From: Blastocatellia bacterium
GTDB lineage: Bacteria > Acidobacteriota > Blastocatellia > Pyrinomonadales > Pyrinomonadaceae
Reading direction: 5' to 3'
DNA length: 64,000 nt
NCBI GenBank assembly: GCA_963828335.1
Contig: CAWHEH010000007.1
Location: 156,047-220,046, forward strand
The translations under genes were made by a program, and so were the position numbers. Position 1 is the stretch's first letter. Each line of letters opens with the position of its first letter. Below, one piece after another: positions 29,601 to 39,298 of this stretch. The notes beneath the pieces are model-generated. The model ran no database searches, was not told the origin of the DNA, and worked only from the letters and a program-made list of their open reading frames with translations.

Positions 29601-30042
29601 GGCTAGAGAGTACGTTGCGGCTGCGCGTCAATACGGGCTTGCCGGCAAACGCGAGGAATCACAAGCCTGGTGGGACCGCGCAGCCACCGAGGCACTTAAC
29701 CCGCCCACCCAACCGGAAGAGCCCTGGTCGGAACACTATTTCTATAAAGCGGTAGCACTCGAACACGTGGGACGCAAAGCTGAGGCGCGCGCTCTCTACG
29801 AACGCCTGGCACGCCTCAATGATGAACATCGAATGCTCGACGCCGAACCCTGGCCACCCACTGGAGCTATTCGGTTTTCCCTGGCGGGTTCAGCCTTGAA
29901 GGCGCTTGGGCGTCAGGCTGAGGCGCGGGCAGCGCTGGAGCGCGCTTTGAAAATTGATCCTCAAAGCGAGTTGGCGCGGTTGCAGTTGGCGGAACTTAGG
30001 GGCGGTTCGCGAGTGACCGGGAGCGGTGCCGGCATTCGCTAA
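26680..30042 (+). CDS. Secreted DUF5107-like N-terminal domain fused to a long TPR-repeat region
   Basis: ORF 26539..30042, but the upstream part lies in the palindrome. ATG at 26680 gives a signal/anchor, MRSNLKNLY...LTLILVFSIGVSVQG. LENEYLRVSVLPELGGHVYEIFDK and IRGAWVSGGIEWNFPDGH resemble DUF5107. The C-terminal 600 aa show A/L/Y/G TPR periodicity. Confidence 0.65.
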   Translation: MRSNLKNLYSDTGLRMCYALTLILVFSIGVSVQGQDSARVWEAPLSIPTYELGPPNPYPALLDWQRRKWRPVYPYPFLDSLTNRRTDKTYKAVYLENEYLRVSVLPELGGHVYEIFDKTNKREVLYSNPVVKYAMVAIRGAWVSGGIEWNFPDGHTLTTVSAIDYSMRMEPDGSAAVAVGDTERVQGMQWQVIIRLRPGQRAVETEVTLNNRREVPGRYWFWSTAGATAADDMRFVYPMREAYPHAFWPVFSFPKEKGVDLSKFSDVPNFLSLFARNSTRDYFGVYYDKSDWGVVHVADHREMPGKKTWTWGTDDNGDIWVDKLTDGGHQYVEFQGGRFETQMEHQFIAPHRVEHIVEHWFPVNNLGGAWDEATQDAALRINLQGSHAVVTANVNSRFNDAEFIVESGGVVLRKERVKLDPVKTFSATIDLPATAVGRPLTVSFKSKDGHDLIKYRTDTPIDGNANFKPATRPIPDPKISNSAEQAYVEGLAFDKKSKEREARGAYQEALKRDAGFAPAQVALGLSYYRSGEFETAATHLNQALTRNKDAADAHYYLGLVERARGHNAEAVEHLIWTVRSGHRESVSRYVLGEMALADGDNSGALENLSQAVMLDPRDLKARTMLALVERLAGKLELAQHRIESVVREMPIDYFARHEQYEIYKALGHEDKANNAWAELWRLLKREPDSVLEVAFDYAAVGRRGEAQRILEGAIRHEQDPTRTADTTRDYPMLHYTLGYLLELDGDRTRANLEYMKGAQGDPAFVFPHRVEEIAVLRRALAANANDGHAAYYLGNVLASKNRDQEALAAWREAVRLDPANIIARRNLGRALWVTDKKEEAASQYQQAVAAAPEDYQLYVEVGNLYAEMGAQDRRVKLLESAPPATRTHTPFIQALAAAYVDTKRFADAVTLLTNNTFTSGEGEDAALGLYRKAHLGLARNYQQAGEHLKAATEFAAATEYPRNFGVGRPAMQSQAREYVAAARQYGLAGKREESQAWWDRAATEALNPPTQPEEPWSEHYFYKAVALEHVGRKAEARALYERLARLNDEHRMLDAEPWPPTGAIRFSLAGSALKALGRQAEARAALERALKIDPQSELARLQLAELRGGSRVTGSGAGIR

Positions 30043-30089
30043 AAAAAATAAAGCGAGGGCGGGCTTAAGATTTTGAGATAGGACATCAG

Positions 30090-31793
30090 ATGCACCCATT
30101 CTACAAACCACTCTTAGTGCTGGTGGGCTTCGCCTGTCTGCTCTTTCACGCTGCGGCGCAGACGCCGCCAACGCCTCTCTTCTATAAGACTCAGAACTCC
30201 GATGAATGGGTGCGTCAAACACTTCACATCCAGCAAAGGTATAGTCGCGTACTGTTAGTAAACGCCGCCGACAACCAAATCAAGAACGTCCGCGTGGCTC
30301 CCTTGGTGCTTAACGATCCGCATGCCGCCGTCCAGCCAGTCCCGGTTCTCTACTCCATTTACGCGGTTTACAAAACACTGCAGGAGGCGGCCGACGCCGC
30401 GCGCGGCGGCGATCTAATCGCGGTAATGCCCGGTACCTATGCTGGCTTCGTGATGGGCGATAAGCCTGACGCAGGTGACGGTCGTTATATTCATTTCAAG
30501 GCGCTGGATGAGCCAGGCGACTGCATCATCAACCGTGCGTCCTCACGCGATCCGGATTGGATGATATTGCTGCAGACGGCCCATCACGTCATCGTTGAGG
30601 GCTTCAATATCGCGGGTACAACTGGACCGGGGATGAAGCCGGTTGGGCCACGTGCAGGGATCATGCTTGACGGTGATTTCGGTCGCAGTGGAAAACAGGC
30701 GCACCATATCGTGATCGTCGGCAATTTTTCTCACAATCATCTCAAGTGGGGACTCCATTCTACCGACACCCACACCGTGCTTATTCAGGAGAATCTTTTC
30801 GCCTTATCCGCGCTTGAACATTCAGCGTATGTTTCAGACGGGTCGGACAATTACGTCATCCGGCGGAACATTTTCTTTGGCAGCCGGGCGAGCGGCCTTC
30901 AGTGCAACATCGACTCTGTCAGTTCGTTTCACGAGTTGCTGAAAAACCCCGAGCTTCGTAATTACCCGAAGGAAGAGCCGACGCGAGCCTGGGCCTTAGG
31001 CCTGGTTAAGCTGGCAACGGAGAAGTTCGGGGCGAATAATTTTCCCGACGGCCGTGGGCTGAACTTCATCATTGAGGACAACGTGGTCAACGAAAATGGG
31101 AAGGGAGGCGCTGGTTCGTTCAATCTCGCCGGGTTGCAGGAGTCTCTCATTCAGAACAATCTCATCTACGGAAACTTCAATCACGGAATTGCGCAATGGG
31201 ACGATGCGAATCCCTATGACGCGAGTTATGTAGAACCGGGGCCGCAGTCGCCGGCAGAGGCTAAAGGCCCAGCTGATCTTCCACTTTGGGGTTGTCACTC
31301 TAACCTCATCCGCAATAACACGGTGCTGATGGCTAACAAGGGCCGAGCGGCCATGCAGTCTCGCAACGGGAGCTGGGGCACAGTCTTGCGTAACAACATT
31401 TTCATCAACGACCAGCCCTTCTCAATCGAGATTTTCAACACCAGCATCTTCCGGCTTGATGCGCGATTCAACGTCATTAACACCTTGAGTTATACCGAGA
31501 TGCCGGAGGCGCTCAAGGTTCTCGCGACCGCTTTGCCGGAAGGATCTGGTACGACAAGTGGCATTACGCGCGAAAAAATCGCGGGCGAGTTTGTACGCTA
31601 CGGCGAAGAACCGTGGGTGATTATTGAAGGGAACTGGTGGCGGCTAAATCCGCACCGGCCAGACTTTCACCCACGAGCAGACTCAAAACTCCTCGCGCAT
31701 CGTGGCGACCGTGGCGAAATGCCGCTGCGGGATTTGATTGGTAGTCGGCGGCGTAGTGCGTCGATAGGTGCACTTGATACTGCCGGCCGCTAG
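30090..31793 (+). CDS. Secreted right-handed parallel beta-helix repeat protein
   Basis: Signal peptide MHPFYKPLLVLVGFACLLFHAAAQ. GDLIAVMPGTYAGFVMGD entry motif. Repeated NN.I/V..N turns (NNLIYGN, NNTVLMAN, NNIFIND). Confidence 0.65.
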   Translation: MHPFYKPLLVLVGFACLLFHAAAQTPPTPLFYKTQNSDEWVRQTLHIQQRYSRVLLVNAADNQIKNVRVAPLVLNDPHAAVQPVPVLYSIYAVYKTLQEAADAARGGDLIAVMPGTYAGFVMGDKPDAGDGRYIHFKALDEPGDCIINRASSRDPDWMILLQTAHHVIVEGFNIAGTTGPGMKPVGPRAGIMLDGDFGRSGKQAHHIVIVGNFSHNHLKWGLHSTDTHTVLIQENLFALSALEHSAYVSDGSDNYVIRRNIFFGSRASGLQCNIDSVSSFHELLKNPELRNYPKEEPTRAWALGLVKLATEKFGANNFPDGRGLNFIIEDNVVNENGKGGAGSFNLAGLQESLIQNNLIYGNFNHGIAQWDDANPYDASYVEPGPQSPAEAKGPADLPLWGCHSNLIRNNTVLMANKGRAAMQSRNGSWGTVLRNNIFINDQPFSIEIFNTSIFRLDARFNVINTLSYTEMPEALKVLATALPEGSGTTSGITREKIAGEFVRYGEEPWVIIEGNWWRLNPHRPDFHPRADSKLLAHRGDRGEMPLRDLIGSRRRSASIGALDTAGR

Positions 31794-31818
31794 CAGGATC
31801 TGACGAATGCCTACTCGA

Positions 31819-31961
31819 GCTCTTCACTGGGACCGCGGGCGCCCTCGCCCGCAACGAGCGCCGCATGGCGCGCGGAATCTCTCGGCAGGCTCAGGTTTGG
31901 ATGCATTGTTCGCGCTTCGCGCTCATGGCGGGCGAGGGCGCCCGCGGTCCCAGTGAAGAGC
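31819..31961. repeat. REPIN-like palindrome, perfect 34-bp arms, 75-nt spacer
   Basis: GCTCTTCACTGGGACCGCGGGCGCCCTCGCCCGC (31819-31852) is the exact reverse complement of 31928-31961. I checked this base by base. Confidence 0.9.
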
Positions 31962-32019
31962 CTAAGTGGTTGAGCAAAGTTTCAGAGAATTTCAAAAGGT
32001 TTCAGAAAGAAGAATCGTA

Positions 32020-33399
32020 ATGGATGGTCGACTCTTTGTTCGGTTACTTATTTTCCACCTCGCGTTAAGTCTTGGCACCGCTGCTTGGGTCCACGGCAAA
32101 AATGTGACGCCACCGGGTCATAAAAAGGAGACGAGTGATACGCGACTGTCGCGGCTAGTCGAAGCGAACATCATTGCCACACACGCTTACCAGGTGTTGC
32201 TGGCAAAAAAATCAGGCAAGGGTGATCCCGCCTGTTATAGCTCGGGCAAACTTTCGGACCGCGAGCTCGAATCTCTGGTTGAGCATCAGGCAAAGCTTTT
32301 GAAATCTAATACGCCCGCGGTGAACGCCTGGGTTCGTGGCGCACCATCGGATTTTGATCCTGCTCTGGACCTCAAGCCCATCCTCACTTCGGGGCTGGCT
32401 ATACCGGATAATGCTCCAGTCAATATTTTCGTTGACTACCTGGGCCGCAAGACCAGGGCCGGCGATCTAAAGGTCAAAGCGATCGCAAATCTCTACCAAA
32501 CGGTGCTTGAAGTTGAGCGAGACGGCGATCTCCTGCAGGATGAGTTTGCTTTCTATATCGCCCTCGGTTTGCCGGTCTACATCGGACAATTGCGGCTGCC
32601 AGGCAGCGATGCAGACATGCTTGCCGTTGGTCGAGAACTTGCCGGGCGTGCGTGCACATCTCCTTTTGATACCGGCGCGGCTGAATGGCAAATCGCGGGC
32701 AGGAAGATCTGGAACTGGGGTGAGAAGAACCTGCATATCCGCGATGAGAAGGTGCTCGCCGCCGAGTTGCTGGATGAGAAGGATGTCAGAGTTCTCAGAC
32801 CTCGTTTGCGCGCGTTGCCTCCGCAGAAGATAGCCGTTATCGGTCACTCGTTCACGATGGGACTGCACTGGTCTTCACCATCGAGTTTTGTTCCCATCGT
32901 TATAGACATCTTCAGACGCGAAAATCCAAAAGTTGAATTCAAACAATTTGCGGGAGGTGGCTTGACGGCCACCCGTGCGCAGCAGCGCTTCTACCAGAGT
33001 GTGCTCGATTGGAAGCCGGACAAAGTGTTGCTCGTGGTTATGACACGCACTGACGCGGACTACGTGGCGCTGAAAGAACTTGGGGTGGGATTCGCCGCGG
33101 CCGGCATTAAGACTTACATGTTTGACGAAATACACGATCCGGAGAGTGTCAAACCTGACACAGTCCAGCGGGCACTGCTGGCTGCCCGCGCCGGCAACAT
33201 CGAGGTGATTGAGGTTGGCAGCGTTTTATCTTCGTCACCGGACCGGGCCAGGTTTGTTTGTCTGGACGGCATTCACATGACGGAGCCGTACCACCGGCTC
33301 ATGGCTAAGGAATGGCTTAAGTTTCTGGCGGGTGCACGAGGTGTTCACTCAAGCTCTTCTCTGGGACCGCGGGCGCCCTCGCCCGCCCGAGTACCATAA
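32020..33399 (+). CDS. Secreted protein with C-terminal SGNH/GDSL-like hydrolase domain
   Basis: ORF 31966..33399. ATG at 32020 gives signal peptide MDGRLFVRLLIFHLALSLGTAAWVHG. IAVIGHSFTMG (block I variant) and DGIHMTEPYH (block V). The last 16 codons (SSSSLGPRAPSPARVP) are encoded by the left arm of the next palindrome. Confidence 0.5.
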   Translation: MDGRLFVRLLIFHLALSLGTAAWVHGKNVTPPGHKKETSDTRLSRLVEANIIATHAYQVLLAKKSGKGDPACYSSGKLSDRELESLVEHQAKLLKSNTPAVNAWVRGAPSDFDPALDLKPILTSGLAIPDNAPVNIFVDYLGRKTRAGDLKVKAIANLYQTVLEVERDGDLLQDEFAFYIALGLPVYIGQLRLPGSDADMLAVGRELAGRACTSPFDTGAAEWQIAGRKIWNWGEKNLHIRDEKVLAAELLDEKDVRVLRPRLRALPPQKIAVIGHSFTMGLHWSSPSSFVPIVIDIFRRENPKVEFKQFAGGGLTATRAQQRFYQSVLDWKPDKVLLVVMTRTDADYVALKELGVGFAAAGIKTYMFDEIHDPESVKPDTVQRALLAARAGNIEVIEVGSVLSSSPDRARFVCLDGIHMTEPYHRLMAKEWLKFLAGARGVHSSSSLGPRAPSPARVP

Positions 33400-33469
33400 T
33401 GTCAACTTCTGAGGGTTGAAGTTAACGTACGCGGGCGGGCGGGACGCCCGCGGTCCCAGGGAAGAGCTT
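33351..33469. repeat. REPIN-like palindrome of the same family as 31819-31961 (39/40-nt arms, imperfect, 40-nt spacer)
   Basis: AAGCTCTTCTCTGGGACCGCGGGCGCCCTCGCCCGCCCG (33351-33389) pairs with the reverse complement of 33430-33469, with 2 mismatches and 1 bulge. It shares the CTGGGACCGCGGGCGCCCTCGCCCGC core with the 31819 element. Confidence 0.85.
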
Positions 33470-33509
33470 GACCGGTATTCTGTTACCCCTTTAGAGGAGA
33501 AATAAGTTA

Positions 33510-35929
33510 GTGAAGAAGATTAGCGCGAATTGCTATTCAACCAGCACTCGGCAATGTTTGATCATCGCAGTAACCCTGATGTTAACTGTCGTCATCGTTT
33601 CTTCCAGTTCGCCGTGCGCGTCCGCGCAGTCAAGTCAAAATACTTCCCGGCCTCGGATGCTAATCCGCGAGCATGATCCGCTTACCGGCTTCAACGTTTT
33701 GCGCGCGAGATTGGCAGCAGGTGCGCGACCTTCAGACGCCATCGATGGTTGGGCCCTCAGCTACCTGTTAACTCGCGATGAATCTTTCGCCCAAAAAGCG
33801 ATTGAGGAAATGCGACGTACCCACCCACCGGAGTTGGTCGGATCGCGCACCTATCCCGAATACGTGAAGTGGTCGCTGGCGTTCGACTGGCTTTACAACT
33901 ATCCAGGTTTCGATGTGCAACTCAAGGATCGCGTCGCGGAGGAGCTTTTGAAAGCTGCCGAGAAGATGATGCAGGATCAGTCGCTCAAAGAAGTGCAACT
34001 GGCGATGTATCACAATTATCCGGTTCGCTACCTCACGCTGGCAATTTTTGCACTCACCGCGATCGAAGGTCATCCTTCAGTCGAGTCGCGTGGGGCGCCT
34101 CTGAGAGCGCATGCCAAGGAAGTCTTCGATCACATTCTCGATCTGACAAACTTCATCACACCCGACGGCGGTTACCACGAATCGATGGACTACCAGCGAA
34201 TCACCTACGCTCCGTTGGCACTGTTGGCCGAACTACGCCGCACCGTGGGCAACAACGATCCGGCGCGGCGCTACACCCTCTTTCATCACTACACCGATAC
34301 TTATCTCTATAAGGTTTTGCCTGACGGCACCACTGCGCGCGACGACGACAATGAATTTCCTTACCTGCAGTGGGAAGACAATATCTGCCTCGCCTATGCG
34401 GTGAACCGTTTCAAAGATCCATTTGCCGCCTGGATCCTGCGCAACAGTGGCTGGCCTGCACGCAAAGATTATCGCATTCCAATTACTCAGTTCTTATGGG
34501 ACGACCAGGACGTCGTGCCGCGCAATCCGGCTGAGACCAACGACGCCGAGATTTCCCGTAATTACTTCTTTCGCGGAATTGGACACCTGATTATGCGCGA
34601 CGGGTTCGGGCCCGATTCGACCTGGATTGAGTTCAATTCGGGTCCTTACCTCGCCAAGCACGACCACCTTGATCAGAACCATTTCTCCATCTATCACAAA
34701 GGATATCTGGCCACCGAAAGTGGCGCCGACTACACGGACACCGAGAGTCCTCATTACCTGAACTACTACCGACGCACCATCGCTCACAACTCGATGTTGG
34801 TTTATCAAGCCGGGAGAAAAATTCTTCTGGGCGGAAAATCTTTGGGCCGCCGCCAACGACGGCGGCCAGCGCATGGACTCTTCTCGTTACTGGAATACCG
34901 TTCGTAGCCGGGAAGATTTCGAACGCACTCGTGATTTGTGGGCCACCGGCAATATGGAGGCGACGGATTATCAGCCCGGTGCCTACCACTACGCGCGCGG
35001 AAATGCGACGCACGCCTATCAGCCTTCAAAGATGGAGCACTTCACACGGGAGGTGGCCTACACACCCGGAAACAATGTGCTGGTGATTTTTGACCGCGTG
35101 CGGAGCACCGACCCAAACTACAAGAAGGTCTGGGTGCTGCACGGCGTCGGCGAGCCGCGTGTTATGGCCGAGGCGAAGGGCAGAGATATTGGTCACGGCG
35201 GTACGGCCTATCAGAATGCCACGGTCTTTACTTATGAAGATGGTCAGGGACGTTTGCGGGTTCATTCGTTGCTCCCGCGCGAACGTGAAGTGGTAAAGCG
35301 TGGCGGGCCGGGCTTTGAGTTCTGGACTCCAGGTGATGAGTTTGGCGGAGGTTGGGGAACAGGGAAGAATTGGCCACTGGATCCACCGGCGGGCGGACCG
35401 CTCACCACCGATCCTTATCTCAGGAAGATGTGGAAGACTTTCTGGGGAGACGACTTTGACAAACTATTGCCGTCGAACACGCGCGCCGTTGTGCCTGCCG
35501 CCTGGCGCGTCGAAGTATCGCCGTCCAAACCGGCGAAAGAGGATTTCTTTTTACACGTTCTGGAGATTGGAGATCGTGTTGATACACGTGTCCCACGAGT
35601 TGACCTGGTAGACGGTTCAAATCTCATTGGCGCTCTGGTCGAAGGTGGCACCATTGCGCTCTTCGCGACTATTGACGGTCCTGTAACGAGCGGTGAAGTA
35701 ACAATCCCGGCAGTGGACACAAACTGGTTACTCAGTCTCCGGTTTGAAGCCGCATGCAAAGTATGAACTCCAAATGACTGGAGGCCGGGCAAACTGGCGC
35801 GGCGGCCTCTTCAATGGTGTGCCCGGCGGAAGCTACATCGGAAGTGCGAATGGTTCCGGAGTTATGTACTTGCCCTTCAAGGGTCAAAAGGACGGAAGGC
35901 TGCGCTTGCGACTGCTGTCGTCGGAGTAG
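33510..35929 (+). pseudogene. Secreted heparinase II/III-like polysaccharide lyase family gene with 2 frameshifts
   Basis: Fragments 33510-34907, 34873-35766 and 35744-35929 occupy frames 0, 1 and 2. AKHDHLDQNHFSIYHKGYLATESGADY is the heparinase II/III-type His/Tyr motif. YQ|PGEKFFWAENLWAAANDGGQRMD continues in the next frame after an extra base near 34809. The C-terminal ...SGLKPHAKYELQMTGG... continues after a second shift near 35730. Confidence 0.7.
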
Positions 35930-35935
35930 ATCGAG

Positions 35936-36106
35936 TAACGCTGAAAGCGTTGGCTAATAGCAGCCCAGGGTTTGCTTTGAAACCCTGGGTAACGATGCGA
36001 GGAAAGATTGTTTGCTACCCTGAAGGGGTTGCGCGCGGTTTTGGGTAACAGACGCGCCGCAACTCCTTCAGAGTTGCGCTGAAATTCGCGAACGTTTTCA
36101 GCGCTA
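35936..36106 (+). mobile_element. MITE-like modular hairpin element, copy A (about 171 bp)
   Basis: Termini TAACGCTGAAAGCGTTGGC ... GCGAACGTTTTCAGCGCTA are inverted. Internal hairpins are CCCAGGGTTTgctttgAAACCCTGGG and CTGAAGGGGTTGCG...CGCAACTCCTTCAG. The first 100 nt or so are roughly 85-90 percent identical by eye to copy B. Confidence 0.7.
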
Positions 36107-36171
36107 TTCATTTCCTTAAGTTTTCTCAAGAGGTGGGTAGTGTTTCGACATCTTGTATAAGGGCCTTGACT

Positions 36172-37514
36172 ATGAACAAAACAACACGCATATCAATCGG
36201 CGCACTATTCATTGCACTCCTTTTTTATAGCAACGCGTTTGCGCAGTCTCGAGGCAGCCAGGCCACGCGGCTCGTGAAGCCTCTTCACGAAGTGAATCCG
36301 GTGGCGCGGCCCAATGCAAACCACGTTGTCTGCTATCGTCGGCGCCACCCTGATTGACGGCCGCGGCGGCGCGCCATTACTTGATGCGGTCGTTGTCGTT
36401 CGCGGCGAAAAAATTCTCGCAGTCGGCAAACGCACGGCCGTGTCGATCCCCGCCGGCGCGGAGGTGATCGATGCGAAGGGGCTCACGCTCCTGCCCGGAT
36501 TGATCGACTCTCACTTTCACATCGATGGTGACGATCCTTTACCCGCACTCTATCTTACGCACGGGGTCACTTCTCGTTCGTGATCCCGGTCAGTGGACGG
36601 AGGCTTACGACATTGCCCGCAAAGGACCAGCGCCAGTGCCGCGCTTGTTCCTGTGTGGGCCTCATCTTGATTCGCCACCCCCCGCCTATCCTAACGATTC
36701 GTTAATCGTTAGGGACGCGGAGGAGACGCGGAACGCAGTTAACCGCTTCGCTGACGAGGGTGCTTCGGCGATTAAGGTCTACTACCGCCTGCCTCTTGCG
36801 CTTATCAGAGTCGCAGTCGAGACGGCACATGCTCGCGGTCTTCCCGTTACCTCGCACCTGGAAATTGTCGATGCGACTGACGCCATACGCGCCGGCGTTG
36901 ATGGCGTAGAACATGCCACCTCCTTCGGGACCGCGCTGTTGCCGTTGCGCGAGGCTGAGAAGTATCGGCAGGCGGTGCTCGCTGATAACAACGCCCGCCG
37001 CGAAGGTAGGTATCGGGTGTGGAGCATGGTCGATCTCGATTCGCCGCGTGCCGGCGCGGTCTTTAAGTTGATTGTTGAGCGCGGCACCGTGGTCTCACCG
37101 ACGCTTGCCGTCTTCGAACGGCAGCCGGGAGACAAGGATACGACCGACATGCACGTTCGCGCCTTTAAGCAGATGGAAGCGTTTGTCGGACACGCTTTCC
37201 GTGCCGGAGCACATGTCGTAGTTGGTTCTCATTCTGATGTGCCACATGCAAAGCGTGGTTGGGCTTATCAACGGGAGCTGGAGCTGCTGGTGGATTCGGG
37301 CCTAACTCCGATGCAGGCGATTGTCGCGGGTACTCTCGAGAATGCGCGGTTCTTTCATGCCTCCGATCGGCTGGGAAGTATTGAAGCCGGCAAACTGGCG
37401 GATCTGGTGCTGGTCGCGGGAAATCCGTTGAGTAACATCAGCGATATGAGACGAATCAAACGCGTTATGCTTAATGGCGAATGGGTAAAAGGCGCTGGCG
37501 ACGAAGAGAAATGA
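36172..37514 (+). pseudogene. Secreted amidohydrolase (imidazolonepropionase/prolidase-like metallo-hydrolase) with 2 frameshifts
   Basis: Three fragments. The signal peptide MNKTTRISIGALFIALLFYSNAFAQS is in frame 1 (36172-36357). IVGATLIDGRGG...LLPGLIDSHFHI (HxH metal motif) is in frame 2 (36314-36583). The rest is in frame 0 (36525-37514). An extra C at 36575 splits HGVTS|VRDPGQW. The first shift lies between about 36290 and 36320. Confidence 0.7.
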
Positions 37515-37541
37515 GTAGGAAACGCGCACTGTAGGTCGACA

Positions 37542-37668
37542 AATACTGAACCGGGAGCGGTAGCGACCGGAGCTCCGAAGGATGAAGTTCATCGTGATTG
37601 TAAACTCGACAAATGGAGATCTTGTTTCGCAGGTAGAACCCGGTCGCTACCGCTCCCGGTTCTGTATT
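37542..37668. repeat. REPIN-like palindrome, GGTAGCGAC family, 29-bp arms (28/29), 69-nt spacer
   Basis: AATACTGAACCGGGAGCGGTAGCGACCGG (37542-37570) pairs with CCGGTCGCTACCGCTCCCGGTTCTGTATT (37640-37668). Confidence 0.9.
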
Positions 37669-37689
37669 CGTCGGCCCAGGATAAAGGTA

Positions 37690-39256
37690 GTGCCTGCACC
37701 ACAACGTAACCATCGATCACTCATTCGGGTTTTGTTAGTGGTATTCGTGTCGCTACTACTCTGTGGAGTAGCGGGGGCCAGGGGTAAGACGGTCTATGTA
37801 CATTTACTCGACGGGGATGACGAGCGCGGTGACGGCAACTACGCACGTCCGTTCAAATCCTGGCGCGCGGCTCTGCGTCATGTCGGAAGCGGCGATACGA
37901 TCGTCGCGAAGAACGGCGACTATCGAAAGTCGGGACGCGAAGGAAGTTGGGGCGGGCTCAAACTGATCTTGACGATGGGCGACCAACTCGAACCTGGCGA
38001 TCCGCGCCAGCCTGTACCGCCGGGAACGCCACCTGAGGCGATTGGCATTTACCGTTACGATCCCGCCAATCCGCTCACAATACGCGCCGAGACAAACCAC
38101 GGCGTTATCATCGATCACGTTAGGTTTCATCTGGCGCGCGGTATCGTGATTGAGGGGTTCGAGATTATTCCGAATCCTTATTACACCGATGAGCAGGGGC
38201 AGAAGCTCAACCGTCGCCGCAATGGAATTCACGGCGATAGCGTCTATGAACCCGAAGACCAATATAACCGTGTGAAGACTAATGATCCGCCGGGTGGACA
38301 CACTGCTGCCTGGTATGACCGCGCACTCTGGACCAGCTTACATCACGGTCCGCAGCGCGAAGATTCATTACGACTGCCCGCCGGGCGGATGCACTTCAGC
38401 ATATGATCCGCTGCAGGATGATGACCGGCTTTATCTCATTAAATTCAACCAGGCACACCACATTACGGTGGAGGACTGCGAACTGTTCGACGGCAAGAAT
38501 TTTCAACGCAAGCCGGCCATCGACCTGCCCTGCAGCGACGACGTGATCGTGCGTCGCAACCTCATCCGCAATTGTCATCGAGGCGTGGTAAGCAAAGGCG
38601 GCGGTCGCAGAGTACTGATCGAGGCCAACGTCTTCGTTGATAATTCGGGCGCAGCCTTCTCGGGCGGCTCGACTGATCCCGATCTTTTCATCGACGGGCG
38701 CTTTGGCGATCCTTGTTCGTTCGCCTATTTCGAATCCTATGACATGACGGCGCGCGATAACCTGGTTGTTTCCACGCGCCCGGGCGAACGTCCCGTTGAG
38801 GCTGTTGCTATCTGGGCCGCGAAGAACGCCAGTATCGTCAACAATACTTTTGTCGGCATTGGGGAGCGTGGCGTTTTACTCGTTCGTCCCGGGAACGAGG
38901 TCGACAGCCCTGCTAAAGGATGCGGGCGTTCAGTCCGTCTCACGCGGACCGAAGATCTCACGCTGAAGCGTAATGTGTTCGTTCTTTCGGGAGTGGTAGA
39001 CGAGACCATGCTCTATCAAACCTCAGGTGTTGGCACAGTGGTACTGAGATTTGATCATCGCGAGAATACGTTCTTCAATCGGGGTCAGGACGTTCCACTC
39101 GGAGGACTGGCCGATCCGAATCGCGAGCCGGGCTTTAGCAGAAGCGACCCGCAGCTAGCCGGAGGGCAGGGAACTGATTACGCGACGTGGATGGCAACTG
39201 CGAAACTTAAAAGCAATTCGCCGTCGATCGGTCGAGGTGTGTATGGTGGCAAGTGA
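37690..39256 (+). pseudogene. Secreted right-handed beta-helix protein with 1 frameshift
   Basis: ORFs 37582-38406 and 38282-39256 lie in adjacent frames. The first 36 codons of the ORF fall inside the palindrome. GTG at 37690 gives a signal peptide (PAPQRNHRSLIRVLLVVFVSLLLCGVAGA). GDTIVAKNGDY entry motif. The shift is near 38300-38330 (..TAAWYDRA | HSGPAYITVRSAKIHYDCPPGG). Confidence 0.6.
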
Positions 39257-39298
39257 GCGGGGGTCGATCTCATTTACTCCGAGCGTCCAAAAATCGAT

